Origin: Chara braunii
Taxonomy: Eukaryota; Plantae; Charophyceae
DNA: 64,000 bases
NCBI GenBank assembly: GCA_003427395.1
Contig: BFEA01000025.1
Coordinates: 3,448,728 to 3,512,727 of the forward strand
Direction: 5' to 3'
In this document: piece after piece, positions 24,838-37,692 of the stretch
Layout: each line of letters opens with the position of its first letter
How positions within the stretch are numbered: the stretch's first letter is position 1
Notes under the pieces: model-generated
The model's input: the letters and a program-made list of their open reading frames with translations, nothing else
What the model was told of the DNA's origin: nothing
Databases searched by the model: none
Made by a program: the position numbers and the translations under genes

Positions 24838-26173
24838 TCAAATTTTACATTCAGTACCAACGTCCGAGCAACTAATAGCAAAAACATAAGCACGCTCATT
24901 GTCGTCGGTACTGCACGAATTATGCTCACGCACGTTCACTTAAATGTAATGACTACGTGAAATAAAGTGGTTTAATCACTTAAAAAAAAATAAGTTGTAT
25001 GACATTTGGTGATCACTGTCATAAAAATATTGTAGTTTGTCCATCAACATTAAAGCAACACTCAGACAATCACAAAAACTTATTTCATTCTTCCATGCAT
25101 AACTGCGGTCACACAAAATTTGAGCAACAACATCGCACACACTAAGGGAGCCAACTTTACCGTTCTTTCCGACTCATACCTTGCCTTATGCACACAAAAC
25201 CCAACCATTTTCCACCATCCCACAACAAAACTAATCAGTTTTTAAACATGGTCATTAGGAAAAAAGTCTGGATAAAAATCACATAGGGGCTAAGGCCTTA
25301 GGTTGAGATGCAAAAGTATGTAAAGTTGTGTCGTAAACCGACCTGTTATCAATAGATAACAAAAGAGTGACACTTTGTAGCACCAGGTCGGACAAATTGG
25401 TTCTTCAAGCGAATGTGTAGACCTGCATCATTGTACAGGGAAAAAACATCAATGTTGAGTTTTAACACAAATGGAGAACATGCTCCATATTTTAACCTAA
25501 CGCCTTCACTAACTTATTTCTCACCTTCCTCTAATCTATACCTGAGATTGTTGAAAATTTTTGACAGCATCTCCCCCCTAGGGGGTGGATTGTCAATTTT
25601 TCTCTAGCAAAAAATCATCAAACTCTTTAAATTTCAGAAAAATTTAGCAACGCTTCTCGTAAGAAAAATGTTTTTCCATTTTTTTTCTGAACCTGAAAAA
25701 AACTATATATTTTTTTAATTTATAAAAATTTAAGTAGCGCTTCTTGTAAAAAAGACGTTTGTCAAGATTTATACAAAGTTGAAAATATGAAAGCAAAGTA
25801 CAATTATACTTGAAACTAACTTCTGATACTTACCTGATAGTTAGAACTAAGGACAGTCTACACGAACCTTCTTTGAATATGGTATAATGAGTTAACTCTA
25901 GTTTTAAACCCTCAGTAAGATCGGTTTTATCTTATACCAAACTTCCCTCTCATCATTTAATTTACTTTGCCTACGACTCCAACACTCTGCGAGCTTCTAA
26001 GTGACTAAGCTATCGAGAAAGACGCCACAAGAGATAACCCATAAAAAAAATAAAATAAAAATAAAAATAAAAAAAATCTCTCACCAAACCCTCAAGTTGT
26101 TTATCAAACACATAGTTCATTTGTCTTTCGGTTAGATTAAACCCGTATATCCCTTTCTTACATATGACATAGA

Positions 26174-27232
26174 GTTAAACCGCCCCATCCTAGGGGTACG
26201 TTCAACCTGCCTTAATCATAATAAGGTATACAATTAAACTGCTTCATCTTAGAGGTACGTCGAACCCATTTAAACGATGTACATAAAGTGTACGACTAAG
26301 TCGCCCTATCCTATGGGTATTCTTAGTCAGTTTGAACAATTGAGATAAGACTGATAACTAGACCGCCCCATCCTAGGGGTACGTCGAGTATTTGTCTAGA
26401 AACGACGTAAGGCATATAAGCAGGTCACCCCATCATAGGGGTACGCATAGCCGCCTAAACAATCACTTGTGGCATAAGACTAAGCCGCCCCATCCTAGGG
26501 GTACGTTTAGCCTGCCTAGTCAGCAACTTTATGACGTGTGACTGAATCGCCCCGTCCTAAGGGTACGTCCATACTATGCAATAACAACAATATTTAACAT
26601 GTAAAATATACTAGTTCCTTCTCTTTGTTAGCAGACGATCAGACCGCCTTATCCTAGGGGTACGCCCAACCCTGCCTTGACCATATGTAAACTAAAAAAT
26701 AATCAATGTTATACTAACTCTCTGTCTTTTCATGTTATTATGGGCATTGGACTGAACCACCCCATCCTAAGGGTATTTCGAGTCTTTCCGGATTACCATA
26801 AATATTATACTACGAATTTTTCATTTTCTGCTTTGTGTTCTATTTGGCTTATTGATTAGACCTCCCCATCTAAGGGGTACGTCTAACCTGCCAGCATAAT
26901 GAATTTAAATTATATACAGTATAAAATTTTATACTCTTGTTTCGGTTAGGTTCACGACTCATGATTAGGCCGCCCTATCCTAGGGTTACGCCTAGTCATT
27001 GCCATTTTCTCCCTCATAAGGAAAGCGACCTAGATTACCCAAAACCAAAGAAAACAAGGATTTTAGGTTTGCCAACCTAAGATCTCATCCTCCATTATTA
27101 AACCCTCAAAAGAAACATGTGATCGGACCTTCCAACCTAGGGTAGCCCCAACCTCTGAAGACCAAGCAAACAACCCATCATACAAAAAATAAACATACCG
27201 TCGAACCGCCCCATCCTAGGGGTACGTCCAAC
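26174..27232. repeat. CRISPR-like array of 12-13 hairpin repeats (consensus CCGCCCCATCCTAGGGGTACG) with dissimilar spacers
   Basis: Repeat starts at 26180, 26239, 26301, 26363, 26425, 26485, 26547, 26644, 26757, 26861, 26970, (27128, degenerate) and 27206. The first six periods are 59-62 nt. No cas genes in the window. Confidence 0.9.
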
Positions 27233-28420
27233 CTTTAGTTTACGTGGTCAAACGCAAGCAAAAACCATCTTTTTATCTCTTTTTCCACCCTTTCCCCATT
27301 CATTCTCTCTGCCTTCAAACAAACATATGGTTTTTCACGCATAATCCTTTTACCTTAATTAATATTAAAATCCTGGAAACAACTTAACTGAAAATAAATA
27401 AAAATAAAATAGCAATTTTGTCATTCGTTATGTAAAGTAGAAGGTAGTACAACTATGGGAATACGAGACCCCTTTCGAAAAGGAGGTTATAACTGAATGT
27501 TCTCTGCCTCCAGAACCCCACTTGAGCTCTGGCAGAGCTCCCGCAATAGGTGGAGGAACCCCCCCCAAGACCTTGTTGCGGTCTTGCGGGTTGCAATCCC
27601 ACCTGCCACCTTCCTCTCTCGAAGAATAGACTAGAGTGATATTGAAAAAGACAGAGAAAAAAACTTTAGTCTCTCGAGACACAAGGGAAGATTCAACTCA
27701 TACTCGCGGGGAGGGAGCCTTGTTACCTTCAACTCTTGAGGGTCCCGCAATGGTGGCTAATTGCAACGAAACACCTCTAATAACAACACCAATGCTGACC
27801 ATTGCGGTCAACCCAAACTGACAGTAACCTACCGATAGTGATAGCCCAAGGTTACGACAAAATCTTCATTCAACGTCAATCGTTAGCCTTGTAACAACAA
27901 CTTCTTTAAAACATCATTGAGATGAAGGAAGCTACAACGCCCGCTGAAGACTGTACCAACCTCGACCAAGGAACTCAACAACAATGCGTCAGTGTACAAA
28001 AGTAGATGCACTAAAATGTGCAAATATAGTGGCAACAATCTTAATGAAGAGCATCCCCAAACGAGAGCAACGACCTTCCTATCGACCAACAACAATCTAA
28101 CTGTAACAGTCGCAATGACAACAATCTACTGAGAAAATCACCAGTAGTACCAATAACTCAAAACACAACGTTTCACCAACACCAAATAGTATACAATGCC
28201 ATTAATCCTATGACAAAATCACCAGGTCGGGGATGCCACATCAATCTCAAACTTCCAACAATATAGCAACTTCCAACTTTCATCAGCAGTGCTCTGAGTA
28301 CAACAGCCCGCCAAACCGAGGAAACAACTGTTACATTGTTTCCGCCATGAGGACAATAGTGTAACCTTTCGGCTTGAAGTTCATTTACCCAACTTGAAAT
28401 TGCAACAGTAACAAGTTCAA

Positions 28421-28979
28421 GTTGTTGTGAGAGTCGAATCGTTGCTAGTGGCTTTAGGATACTATTGCTGACTTAAGGAGGAAGGACTTTAATTTTATTG
28501 ATACAAATGTTGTGTTTTCAGACAATGCTACTGTGACATTCAAAGCTCTGGTCGACGATAATAAAACAGTTGCAAAATGAGTATCAACACTCGTCCCTTA
28601 TAGGTATCAAACTTAAGAATCCACAATAGAAGTCTGTTGCTGGCAAAAACACATCCCGAACATGTCGGAGCAACCGATGGCGCAACAGTTCCACCTCCAA
28701 GTACTGTAACAACACTTAAAGTATACTCACACTAGGCGCTCATAATCGCAGAATCGCAAAACCAGTAGGTAGATCAAGTCCTTCTGAAAGAAGCCGTCGA
28801 TCTAGTTGTTGATTTTGCGATTCTGCGATTTTAACGGCCTTGTGTGAGTATGCCCTTAAAAATTCACAGTAGCGCTATCTGAAAACACAACATTTGTACC
28901 AATAAAATGATAGTCCTTCCTCATTAAGTCAGCAACAGTATCATGAAGCCACTAGCAACGATTCGACTCTCACAACGAC
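28421..28979. mobile_element. Fold-back element (arms about 115 bp) containing a nested MITE
   Basis: 28421-28535 is inverted at 28864-28979. Confidence 0.8.
28719..28855. mobile_element. Tourist/Harbinger-like MITE with TTA TSD
   Basis: TTA|AAGTATACTCACAC...GTGTGAGTATGCCC|TTA, with an internal ATCGCAGAATCGCAAAA inverted repeat. Confidence 0.7.
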
Positions 28980-29227
28980 CTAATGGTGAGTAGCAACTAC
29001 TGCCGAGACACACCCACTAGCATAGCAATGAGAAGCAGTGACGGATTCCAAACCAGTAGTAGCAACTGCTTGGAACCAATAACGACTGTAGCAGACTGAG
29101 AACTTTAACAAAAGTAGTGATCATGAAACCATCAATTGTTGTAGCAACCCCACAAAAACAGTAGTAGATTGTTGTTGTTGAAGACAATGACAATAGTCTT
29201 TAATCATGCACATAACAACACTTTGCA

Positions 29228-31580
29228 TTTTTTTTTTTTTAGACGCCCTCTTCAGTGTTAGTGGTGCTGATAAAGAAGACACCACTACCACCTGGGGAGC
29301 GACTCCATCTATTGGTGGGGAGCATCACCTACCGGAAAACGGGTTCAGCGTCTCATATACAAACTGAATTCAGAGCATATCAGAACAAAGATTGTGGAGG
29401 ATTCCTGCAGCATTGATTACTCTGGAATCCAGACGATTGACTGGGCAAAATATTGGGGAGAGGGGCGAACCTGTTCACCCTGGAACCGGCGTTAGTTGCC
29501 TGCTGTTACATGCTAGTTCCTCCATCTCCCCGCCATTGATTCCTATGAAATCCAAAGAACCTGCCATTGATTCCTATGAAATCCAGAGAATTATTTGAGC
29601 AAAATACATCATCCTTTTTTTTTAAGAGTGTAAATTATTGGAATAACTCTTGGTGGGGACCACAAACGGTTAACGGGTAGCTGAAAATTCACGAATGAAA
29701 ATTTTGAAGTGAGAGTTTTTGGCAGTATGAAAATCCCGAATGTTCCTGAAGTGGTGAAAGGTCCGAAGACCCTGAAAACCACCTGTTAAGACAGGCTGCA
29801 TCCTGAAGTGGTGAAGTGAGAGTTTTGAGCAGTCTGAAAATCCTGAATGGTCCTGAAGTGGTGAAAGGTCCGAAGACCCGGAAAACCACCTGTTTAGGCA
29901 GGCTGCATTTTGAAGTGGTGAAGGGTGCCCTGAAGTGGTGAAAGGTCCGAAGACCCTGAAACTACTTGTTCAGGCAGGCTGCATCCTGAAGTGGTGAAGG
30001 GTGTCTTGAAGTGGTGATGAAAAATACGACTGTTGTTAACCATCTCTCGTGGGGACCTATTGCTAAGCTACTCAAATAACAATTACCACAAAGGTCCTTC
30101 GAATGCTCAGAACCAATGGACTCCCTGACAAAACACTCTAACATTCACTAACACTGTCTAATTCTGTGTCGAACTCTTCAAGGCGTAGCACCTCCTCACC
30201 CTGAGCCTGACCCCAGATACATTATTGCACACTAGTTCCTTCCCCCCCCTGGTCCCATTTCTTGACTGAGAGTCTAAGCCACCCCCCTTTTCCACTGTTG
30301 ACCAAACCATTGTCTCTCTACTATGGTTGTGGCTACCAACGGGAACATGTATGAGAAATCCTCGGGGTTTTTCATTGGGGTGCTTGGGTCAACTTGCAGC
30401 CAATCGTGAAATCTGAGTTTGTAGTCCTTCACAAAGTCGCTGCCTCCCACCTTATCTCCTTTTTCCTAGGCCAATCTATCAGAGTCATCCTGCCCCCCTT
30501 TTCCCCTCCCAGCCATTTTATGCAGAAGGTGTGAATTTCGTTGATGATGTCTGATTTTTGTGTGAGAATTACCATTTTATCATGAATTCGTTGTCATTGT
30601 GCTCTTATTTTTGTAGTCGCCACTTTCTCTTCCTTCATTCTGGACCCTTTTTGGTCAAAAATGCACCTCCTTGTCCACAAGGTCCACATCATCGTCTTTC
30701 TAGATATGGTAAAGAGGTTACTGGCGACGCCGGATGCGTTTGACCTGCTTCATGGTCGCAGCAGAAGAGCTTCCAATTTCCATGGCCACTCCTCATTCGT
30801 GCCCAATTGAGACCAAATGCGATCCCACCAACGCAACAACAGGGTAGCATCCGGACATTGGAGAAAAATGTGTTCAATTGTCTCACATATTTTTCGGGCC
30901 GGGAACCCTGCATTACAACACTTACACCACGGGAGTGTGATCCCCCTTTGCTCCAGATCCGTCCTGTCTATAATCCAATTATTGGTGGGGAGGCATCTGT
31001 GGCAGATTTGCCACTGTAGGGAGGCAAACTTTGCTGGTTTCTCTTTCACCCCTCTGCAACTTTCTAACTTGATCCCTATGCAGGCTAATGTGTTTCTACC
31101 ATCGTTCTTCTATCCCTGCCCAAATGTCGACCCGGGGTTTGATCATCCTATAAGTGGCTTTTACAGACAACTCAGAGAGGTGCATGGCTTGTCCATTCCG
31201 TCCCCTAACCCATTGCCATTCTAGAGGTCCAGGGCTAAAGCGGACAGGGGGACTTCTGGTAGAAATGCCCGCAATTGAGTCCTCCCTTCCTTATGGCTCT
31301 GTAGGACCCGGATCCGGTAGAGGTTGGTCCTCTCATGCCATTGGATCGAGTTTGGATGGTAGCGAACTACGGTATCATCCCCTCTTCTTTTGAAAAGGTT
31401 GACCATGACCCCTTCCGCTCTGGCCTCAACTACCGTGCCAATTTGCAGGGGGAAGTTTACTACCCTTATTGCTACCCAGTCCTGCTCTTGTAGCATCGGA
31501 CCCTTTCTTAAGGTCACCACCCAGACAAGGGGCATCGAAAATGTCAACTAGTCCAGGGCGTTTGCCAGCCTGTCGTGAGT
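29228..31580 (-). mobile_element. 5'-truncated, degraded LINE copy interrupted by a tandem repeat
   Basis: Poly(T) at 29228 and a 3' UTR similar to 37693-38030. ORFs 30750-31049 (WQICHRCLPTNNW, ETIEHIFLQCP) and 31221-31547. Confidence 0.85.
29700..30025. repeat. Tandem repeat (unit about 107 bp, CTGAAGTGGTGAA sub-repeats) inside a LINE 3' region
   Basis: TCCTGAAGTGGTGAAAGGTCCGAAGACCCTGAAAACCACCTG occurs three times with variation. Confidence 0.85.
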
Positions 31581-33115
31581 AACAACGACTCCCCACACCA
31601 GTTTCCCCGTTGAAAAATAACAATGCAACTTTTGAGTAACAATGACATTTTACTCCTTGTACATGACTCGCAGTCAACGAGAGGTAAGTTTACTTTCCTG
31701 CCTATTTTTTCTGTCTCGATCTCCTTCACTCGCCTTACTCCCTCTCTCATATGAATATGCCTGAACGTTAACACGACTAGGATGTTCAATGAGTTGAAGG
31801 CCATTGGCCCTACAATATACAACAACAGCAGAGGGCACAACTAACAGGAGTAAAAGGTGGCGACCAGCATAGCAATAGAAATGACCACTTCGACTACTAA
31901 GAACACCATGGTAAAGTCGAAAGACGTGAACACTGCGATTGGAATTGCATAAAAAAAAAAAAAAACGGCCTCTCGAAGTACCATGAGCAACACAATCACG
32001 ACGATCAAGTACGCTGTGATCAGGCTGGCGACCACACAGACGAGTACCACCGGGATCGCTGCACTCCGCAATGAATATACCATATAAGAATTGATTTTTC
32101 TTTATCACATGGGAAGATGCATTGCCAATCTCTCATATTACTATGTTTGTCTTTGATATGCCCTACCATATTTTCAGTAGAGGTCTCGCATGCTTTACAA
32201 ATGGAAATTGTTCCTCTCCCGTTTATTATTTTTTGTCACTCTCTCCTTAGTGGCTGAAAATCTCAACCGGGTTTATTCAAATTTCGTAATAATAACGTGT
32301 GTTGTTGACAAAGGTGGCCACATCGAGAACGCGACTCACTAAATGAAGGTGATCATGAAGAATGATGTCGGGATAATGACCAACAAAACAAGGTGAGCAA
32401 CACCATTATCTTGATTTCAGCATGCAATACCACGGTCTTGACAAAGAGCACGAACAACAGCAACATCGTCGATCAGCAGAACCACCATGGAACGACGAGC
32501 AACTATTGATCCCCCACAACTCACTCTAGTATGAAGAGTGAATCTTCCACTAAAATATGGGAAGATACACCACTGTCCACGAACTTTATCTACTACCTTG
32601 GCTCTGCCCTCGTAGCCCTCACACCATGCACCTCCTCTTCTCTCATCGTCCCCCTTTCCCTCTTTCTCTCTTCTCTAGCATGGGTACATAAGGAGCACAC
32701 CAGGGCGTTATTGACAATGACCTTCTATGCTGGGGTCGATATGACACGCACCATGAGATTTGAAGATCATGACCGCAAGCAGCCGCGAATTAGAATAGCA
32801 GTACAATGAATGGGAACATTACCACGAACAACAGTTTGGTTACAATGACCTTGACGAACTTTAAAATGAAGACGACCTCCGGTACGAAGATGAGGACAAT
32901 GACCGTTATCAAGATCTTAGGGACGAGCCGTATCAGCAACAAGACAAAGTTGGCGAGCTTGGTGAGCATGACGAAAAAAATATCGGGGTCACAACGAGTG
33001 TGACGATCACGATGCAAAAGTACCAAGATCAAGGCGTCGCGACCCACATGCTCGGATTACCACCTTCAAAATGTGAAAAATAAGCATAAATCTTATTCTA
33101 GAACATGAGAAGATA

Positions 33116-33464
33116 CATGAACAGCCATTTCGTCAAAACGGACATATTTTATTTTTTGAACGAAATCAAAACTGACTTTTTTTGCGAAAATCCGGTCGGA
33201 ATTTTTTGCCCCTGGGGGTCCGGCGTTCCCAAAACGTCGGACCCCCTACATGTATTTGGTCTATGGTTGAGACCAGATACAATTTTACAATTTTTTTATT
33301 GTATCTTGTCTCAACCATAGACCAGATACATGTAGGGGGTCCGGCGTTTTGGGAACGCCGGACCCCCAGGAGCAAAAAATCCGACCGGATTTTGGCAAAA
33401 AAAGTCAGTTTTGATTTCGTTCAAAAAATATAATATGTCCGTTTTGACGAAATGGGTGTTCATG
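33116..33464. mobile_element. 349-bp near-perfect fold-back MITE
   Basis: Arms of about 168 bp (CATGAACAGCCATTTCGTCAAAACGGAC... / ...GTCCGTTTTGACGAAATGGGTGTTCATG) around a short loop near 33285-33297. Confidence 0.9.
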
Positions 33465-34599
33465 CAGCTGACACAACTTTACGCCAAGTACGTCTCCTAT
33501 CGCTCGAGAGGTACTCACAGTTCTAGATTTTCAGTGTTCGCGGCCATATGCACCTCTCTAAAGCTAGGCCAGATACAAACAGTGAGCCGGAGAAAAAAAC
33601 CATACTTGGAGGCACATAGCAGACCAGGTAGACTCCGTGAATGCGGAGAACGTCGAAAGTCTGGGGTAACCATCTGGGTGCACAGACCGACTACACAGAT
33701 ACTTGACGAGGGCTAGGCAGAGAAAATGGGAATGGAAAGGGGAAGTAAGAGAATGGCGGAGGGATTGGAGGAAAAAGGGCGAACAAAGGGAACTACGCGT
33801 CAACGGGGCACACTGTCTACCTGTCAATTCTTGACCGCATGGAGGCTGGCCGTGCGAGTTCGCGTACTGTGTCTGCACCACCAGTTTGTTGATCGAGCTA
33901 CAAACCAGTCGGAGGAGATGGAGGGATGTCAGAGAGCGGTTTCTTTTGAAAGAAGAGTGAAGGGGAGGGAGAACACGAAGAGAGGAGAAGCAAAGGCGAT
34001 AAATGATGGGAGTGCGTGAGAGACTAGTCTTACGACTAGAACTATGTCAGTAACTGCCCTCCCAGGTAGGAGGGAGGAGAGGAGCATGTGAAGAGAGTGA
34101 GGAAGAAAATAGAGAGCTTGCTACATGCAAATCGAGCACGGCCTGGTGCATGAAGGAGTGCACGAACAGACCAACTGCACATGCACGACTGAACTTCGTG
34201 TGTGCAGTAACAAGGCTAAACTATTCCCAGGTGACTGCTTTTCCGAGTCAAACTGCGCCAGTAACTGCGTTCACAAGAGAGAAGCATGAAGAAGAGAGGA
34301 GAAGTGAAAGTGAGAATTAGTGAGAGCGGACGAGAAAAGAAAAAATGAGAGAAAGAAAAGAGAAAAAAGTGAGGGACAAAGAGCAACGGGACGAGGCGCG
34401 ATGAGACCAACGCGTGAGTCTACGAGAGGGAAAACGAGAAAGTGAGGAGACAAGGACAGAACAAAAGGGAACAATTAGCGCTGTAACCGTTTCGGAGCTC
34501 CACTCTACAAGAAAAAAAAAATGTGGGAAAGAGGCTTTGGTCTGCATGAGGAGAAATATGATAGATAAAGCTAACGGTTAGTCCGCTCAAATTCATTTT

Positions 34600-34663
<64 letters not shown>

Positions 34664-34836
34664 NNNNNNNNNNNNNNNNNNNNNNNNNNNNNNNNNNNNN
34701 NNNNNNNNNNNNNNNNNNNNNNNNNNNNNNNNNNNNNNNNNNNNNNNNNNNNNNNNNNNNNNNNNNNNNNNNNNNNNNNNNNNNNNNNNNNNNNNNNNNN
34801 NNNNNNNNNNNNNNNNNNNNNNNNNNNNNNNNNNNN

Positions 34837-34898
<62 letters not shown>

Positions 34899-37692
34899 GG
34901 AGTGAGTGTGCTGGTACGCGAGGCCAAAAGGGAAAGTGCCCTCAAAGTATTTGCGAACAGGCATGTTTACGGAGGACTAAATATCTTCGGAGCCTGGTCG
35001 AATACGGTTAGTTTCATCTGCATAAGAAGGGGGAGCGTAAGGCCGTCCAAAGGGTCGGCAGGGAGAAAAAGAGAAGACGTAGTGAGTTAGACGAAGGGTA
35101 CGCGAAAGAAAGGAGAGAGCGAGGGAAGGAGGAAAAAGAACGATAGGTCAGGCCGAAGCACGAGAGGAGGGACCAAGAAAGATCGTCGCATGTGCATCCG
35201 AGCTCTTTGATCTGTAAAGTCGACTCGAAGAGACTTTGAGGTGAATATCGTTGGAAGTCAGGAAAATATAAGTTGGGAACCTTTCGACAAGATGTGGTTA
35301 ACAAAGGTCAACATTTAAGATCCGTTGCTCAATCGGAAAGATAATTACTCCAGGCACTAGTGATTACTCGTATTCAAAGCTACTCTTACTGTGAGTTCTT
35401 ATCTCTTTCTGGTATACAGGTTGAGGTACTGGTTGAGGTCTCGAGGATCGAAAAAAAAAAAAGGTATTTATGTTTCTTTAGTTGTACACACTGACTACAC
35501 CACGCATCTCGCAGAGGCAGCGATATCAACTGGTCTCTCTTACGAGGACTCAAATTGGTAGTTTGTCATCTGAGATGCCTTTGAGACATTGATCAGGTTA
35601 CGATCGAATTAGCAGTTCGCCACTTTCATCGATTTTATGGATTATCTAGACGATAGTTGAGAGCTCTTCAACTCCAACGAGGTAAAGATGGCAAAACGAC
35701 ATCGCGGGTTACACACACAAGTTACCTATGTGTCCTCGTCAACTCTACTGGAACCTCTCTCTGCAGCTACATGGATAGAAAATAGATTGATGAACAACAC
35801 TATCTTGAGTGAAAGGGAGTGAGAGAAAAGGTTGACAAGTGTCAGACCAACATGAACGATCATCAAGGCGTTTTTATATAAGCTGATCTCATAGACTCTC
35901 AACTGCAACTTGATCGAGCTTGAACAACTGAAATTAGGTGTGAACTATTTTCGTAAGAGAGGCGGTGTGAAATTCACTCCATTGTAGTTGTTTCTCTGAG
36001 GGCGCTTTGTTGTTTGCTGGGGGGAAAGTGAAAAGTATAAATTTTCAAATATAGAACTCCAGACCCTTACCCTGCTTATGGATGTGGGTAGTCACATGAT
36101 TGTTGGGCACTAGTTGTCACTCTTTTTCCCTGCCTCGCACTGAATTCGAAAGTATGTTGGGAAAACGCCGAGAGGTTTCCAACTCAATATTTAAAATTTC
36201 AGGTGTTTTCTTATTATTTCATTTTCATGTAGTTCCCTTCTTGTTCCAAGCCGTAGAAAAAAATCAATTAACTCTAGGTTATTCGAAAGGGGTGTGACAG
36301 GTTATTTGGACCCCACTCCCTGTTGAACTGTTGAGGATCTTCGAAATGGGCTCAGTGGGTGACAGACACTGTAGCTCCGGACTTCAGCAGTCCAACAAGT
36401 GTCTCTATCCCCGGATTTCCTTTACATCCCTTGGGTTCCTCCGGACCATAGCATTTGAAAAGTTTGTTTGGTTTAATTTCCTGCTGAGGGCGAGGGTGGC
36501 GTGGGTGGAGATACCGCCGGGGGAGCTGAGAGGGGACGCTGAGCTGGGCCTGCAGCGGGGGGGGATCGACTGGCCGTCCGACACAAACACAATGACAGGT
36601 AGAGGTCTTCTTCTTTTTCTTCTTCTTCTGATAAAGCAAATGTCTCAGAACATGGTTTAATCATAGGGGTGACCCATGTGATTGGCAAACAGATCCATTT
36701 GATTCATGACAGGTGACACTTGCTGGAAAACGAGTCAAATGCCAATGAATATGCAACATAATAGCACACATGTCCCTCCCTCCTATCTATGTCAACTTGA
36801 GAAAATTTCTTTTGTGGAGTCCTCTGCTGCTCCTTACCTCATTTCCACCCCTCACCTCTTGAGAGTAATAACCTCCCACCTGATTGTTGGGCCGGGATCA
36901 GTTCAGCGTTTCAGGTAGAGGGGACAAGGGTGCTGTTTTCTCAGTTGGGTGAGAGGTTGAATGGGCTGTTCTACCTTGAGGGGATGGGACAGGATGGATG
37001 GGGGAAATCTAGCTCCGTGGGGCATACTCTAGGGGGAATTGTGTGCTGTTGAGGGAGTAGGGGTGACCGTTTAGGGGACTGTCTTGAACTGGGGCCAATG
37101 AAGAGAAAGGGGCTCCTCCGCTCGGGTTGTTCTGTGTAAAAAAAAAAAAAAAAAAGGGGGGGCTCCTCCTGGCTGGGGCAGTGTAGGGAGAAGGGGGTGT
37201 TTTCTGAGTGAAGGGGGGAATCCTGGAAGATATGCTGCACGTTTTTTCTTTTGGGCTTCCTTCATACACTGGAAGTTCCATAGGAGGAGGTAGTTTTTTC
37301 CCTTCCTCTTCCTCCTTTGGTGGAGGTGAAGGTGTTGGAGGAGGCTCAAGTATTTTTGTGGGTTGTGCAAGTCGGTTTTTCTGGATTCTGATTAAAAACT
37401 GCTAGAAATTTGGTCTGGATCTATATCCTTCAGTGGTTGGAGTTGGCCGGGAAAAAACATTTATGGATAGAATGTGTGCTCCCCACAAATAGATCGGAGC
37501 ATTAAAAAAAGGGGTGAGAATCTTAAAAAACTAAAAAAAAAGCGCTTTGCATAGGGTATGGAACGCTGAGCCCGCTTCTCAGTTAGTGCTTGTTTTCTCT
37601 TTCCATTCTCAGCGATCCTCATAGGTCATGTTCCTTAAACAAGGTGCTTCACATAGAGTACGGGACGCGATGCTGAGCCCGGTTCTCAAGCC

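Noticed and set aside
25561-25607. Helitron 3' end (hairpin plus CTAG)
   Set aside because: CTAG is followed by C rather than T, the hairpin is longer than typical, and there is no other Helitron evidence.
26174-27232. True prokaryotic CRISPR array or bacterial contamination
   Set aside because: No cas genes, repeats are degenerate, spacing changes from ~61 to ~105 nt, spacer ends pair across the repeat, and the array is embedded in eukaryotic TE sequence.
25317-27438. TATGTAAAGT direct repeat as a TSD bracketing the hairpin array
   Set aside because: No TIRs or tail lie inside the repeats, and a 10-mer match is plausible by chance in AT-rich DNA.
36300-37450. Possible LINE ORF1 remnant on the - strand
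   Set aside because: Only P/E/K-rich low-complexity fragments, with no diagnostic motif.
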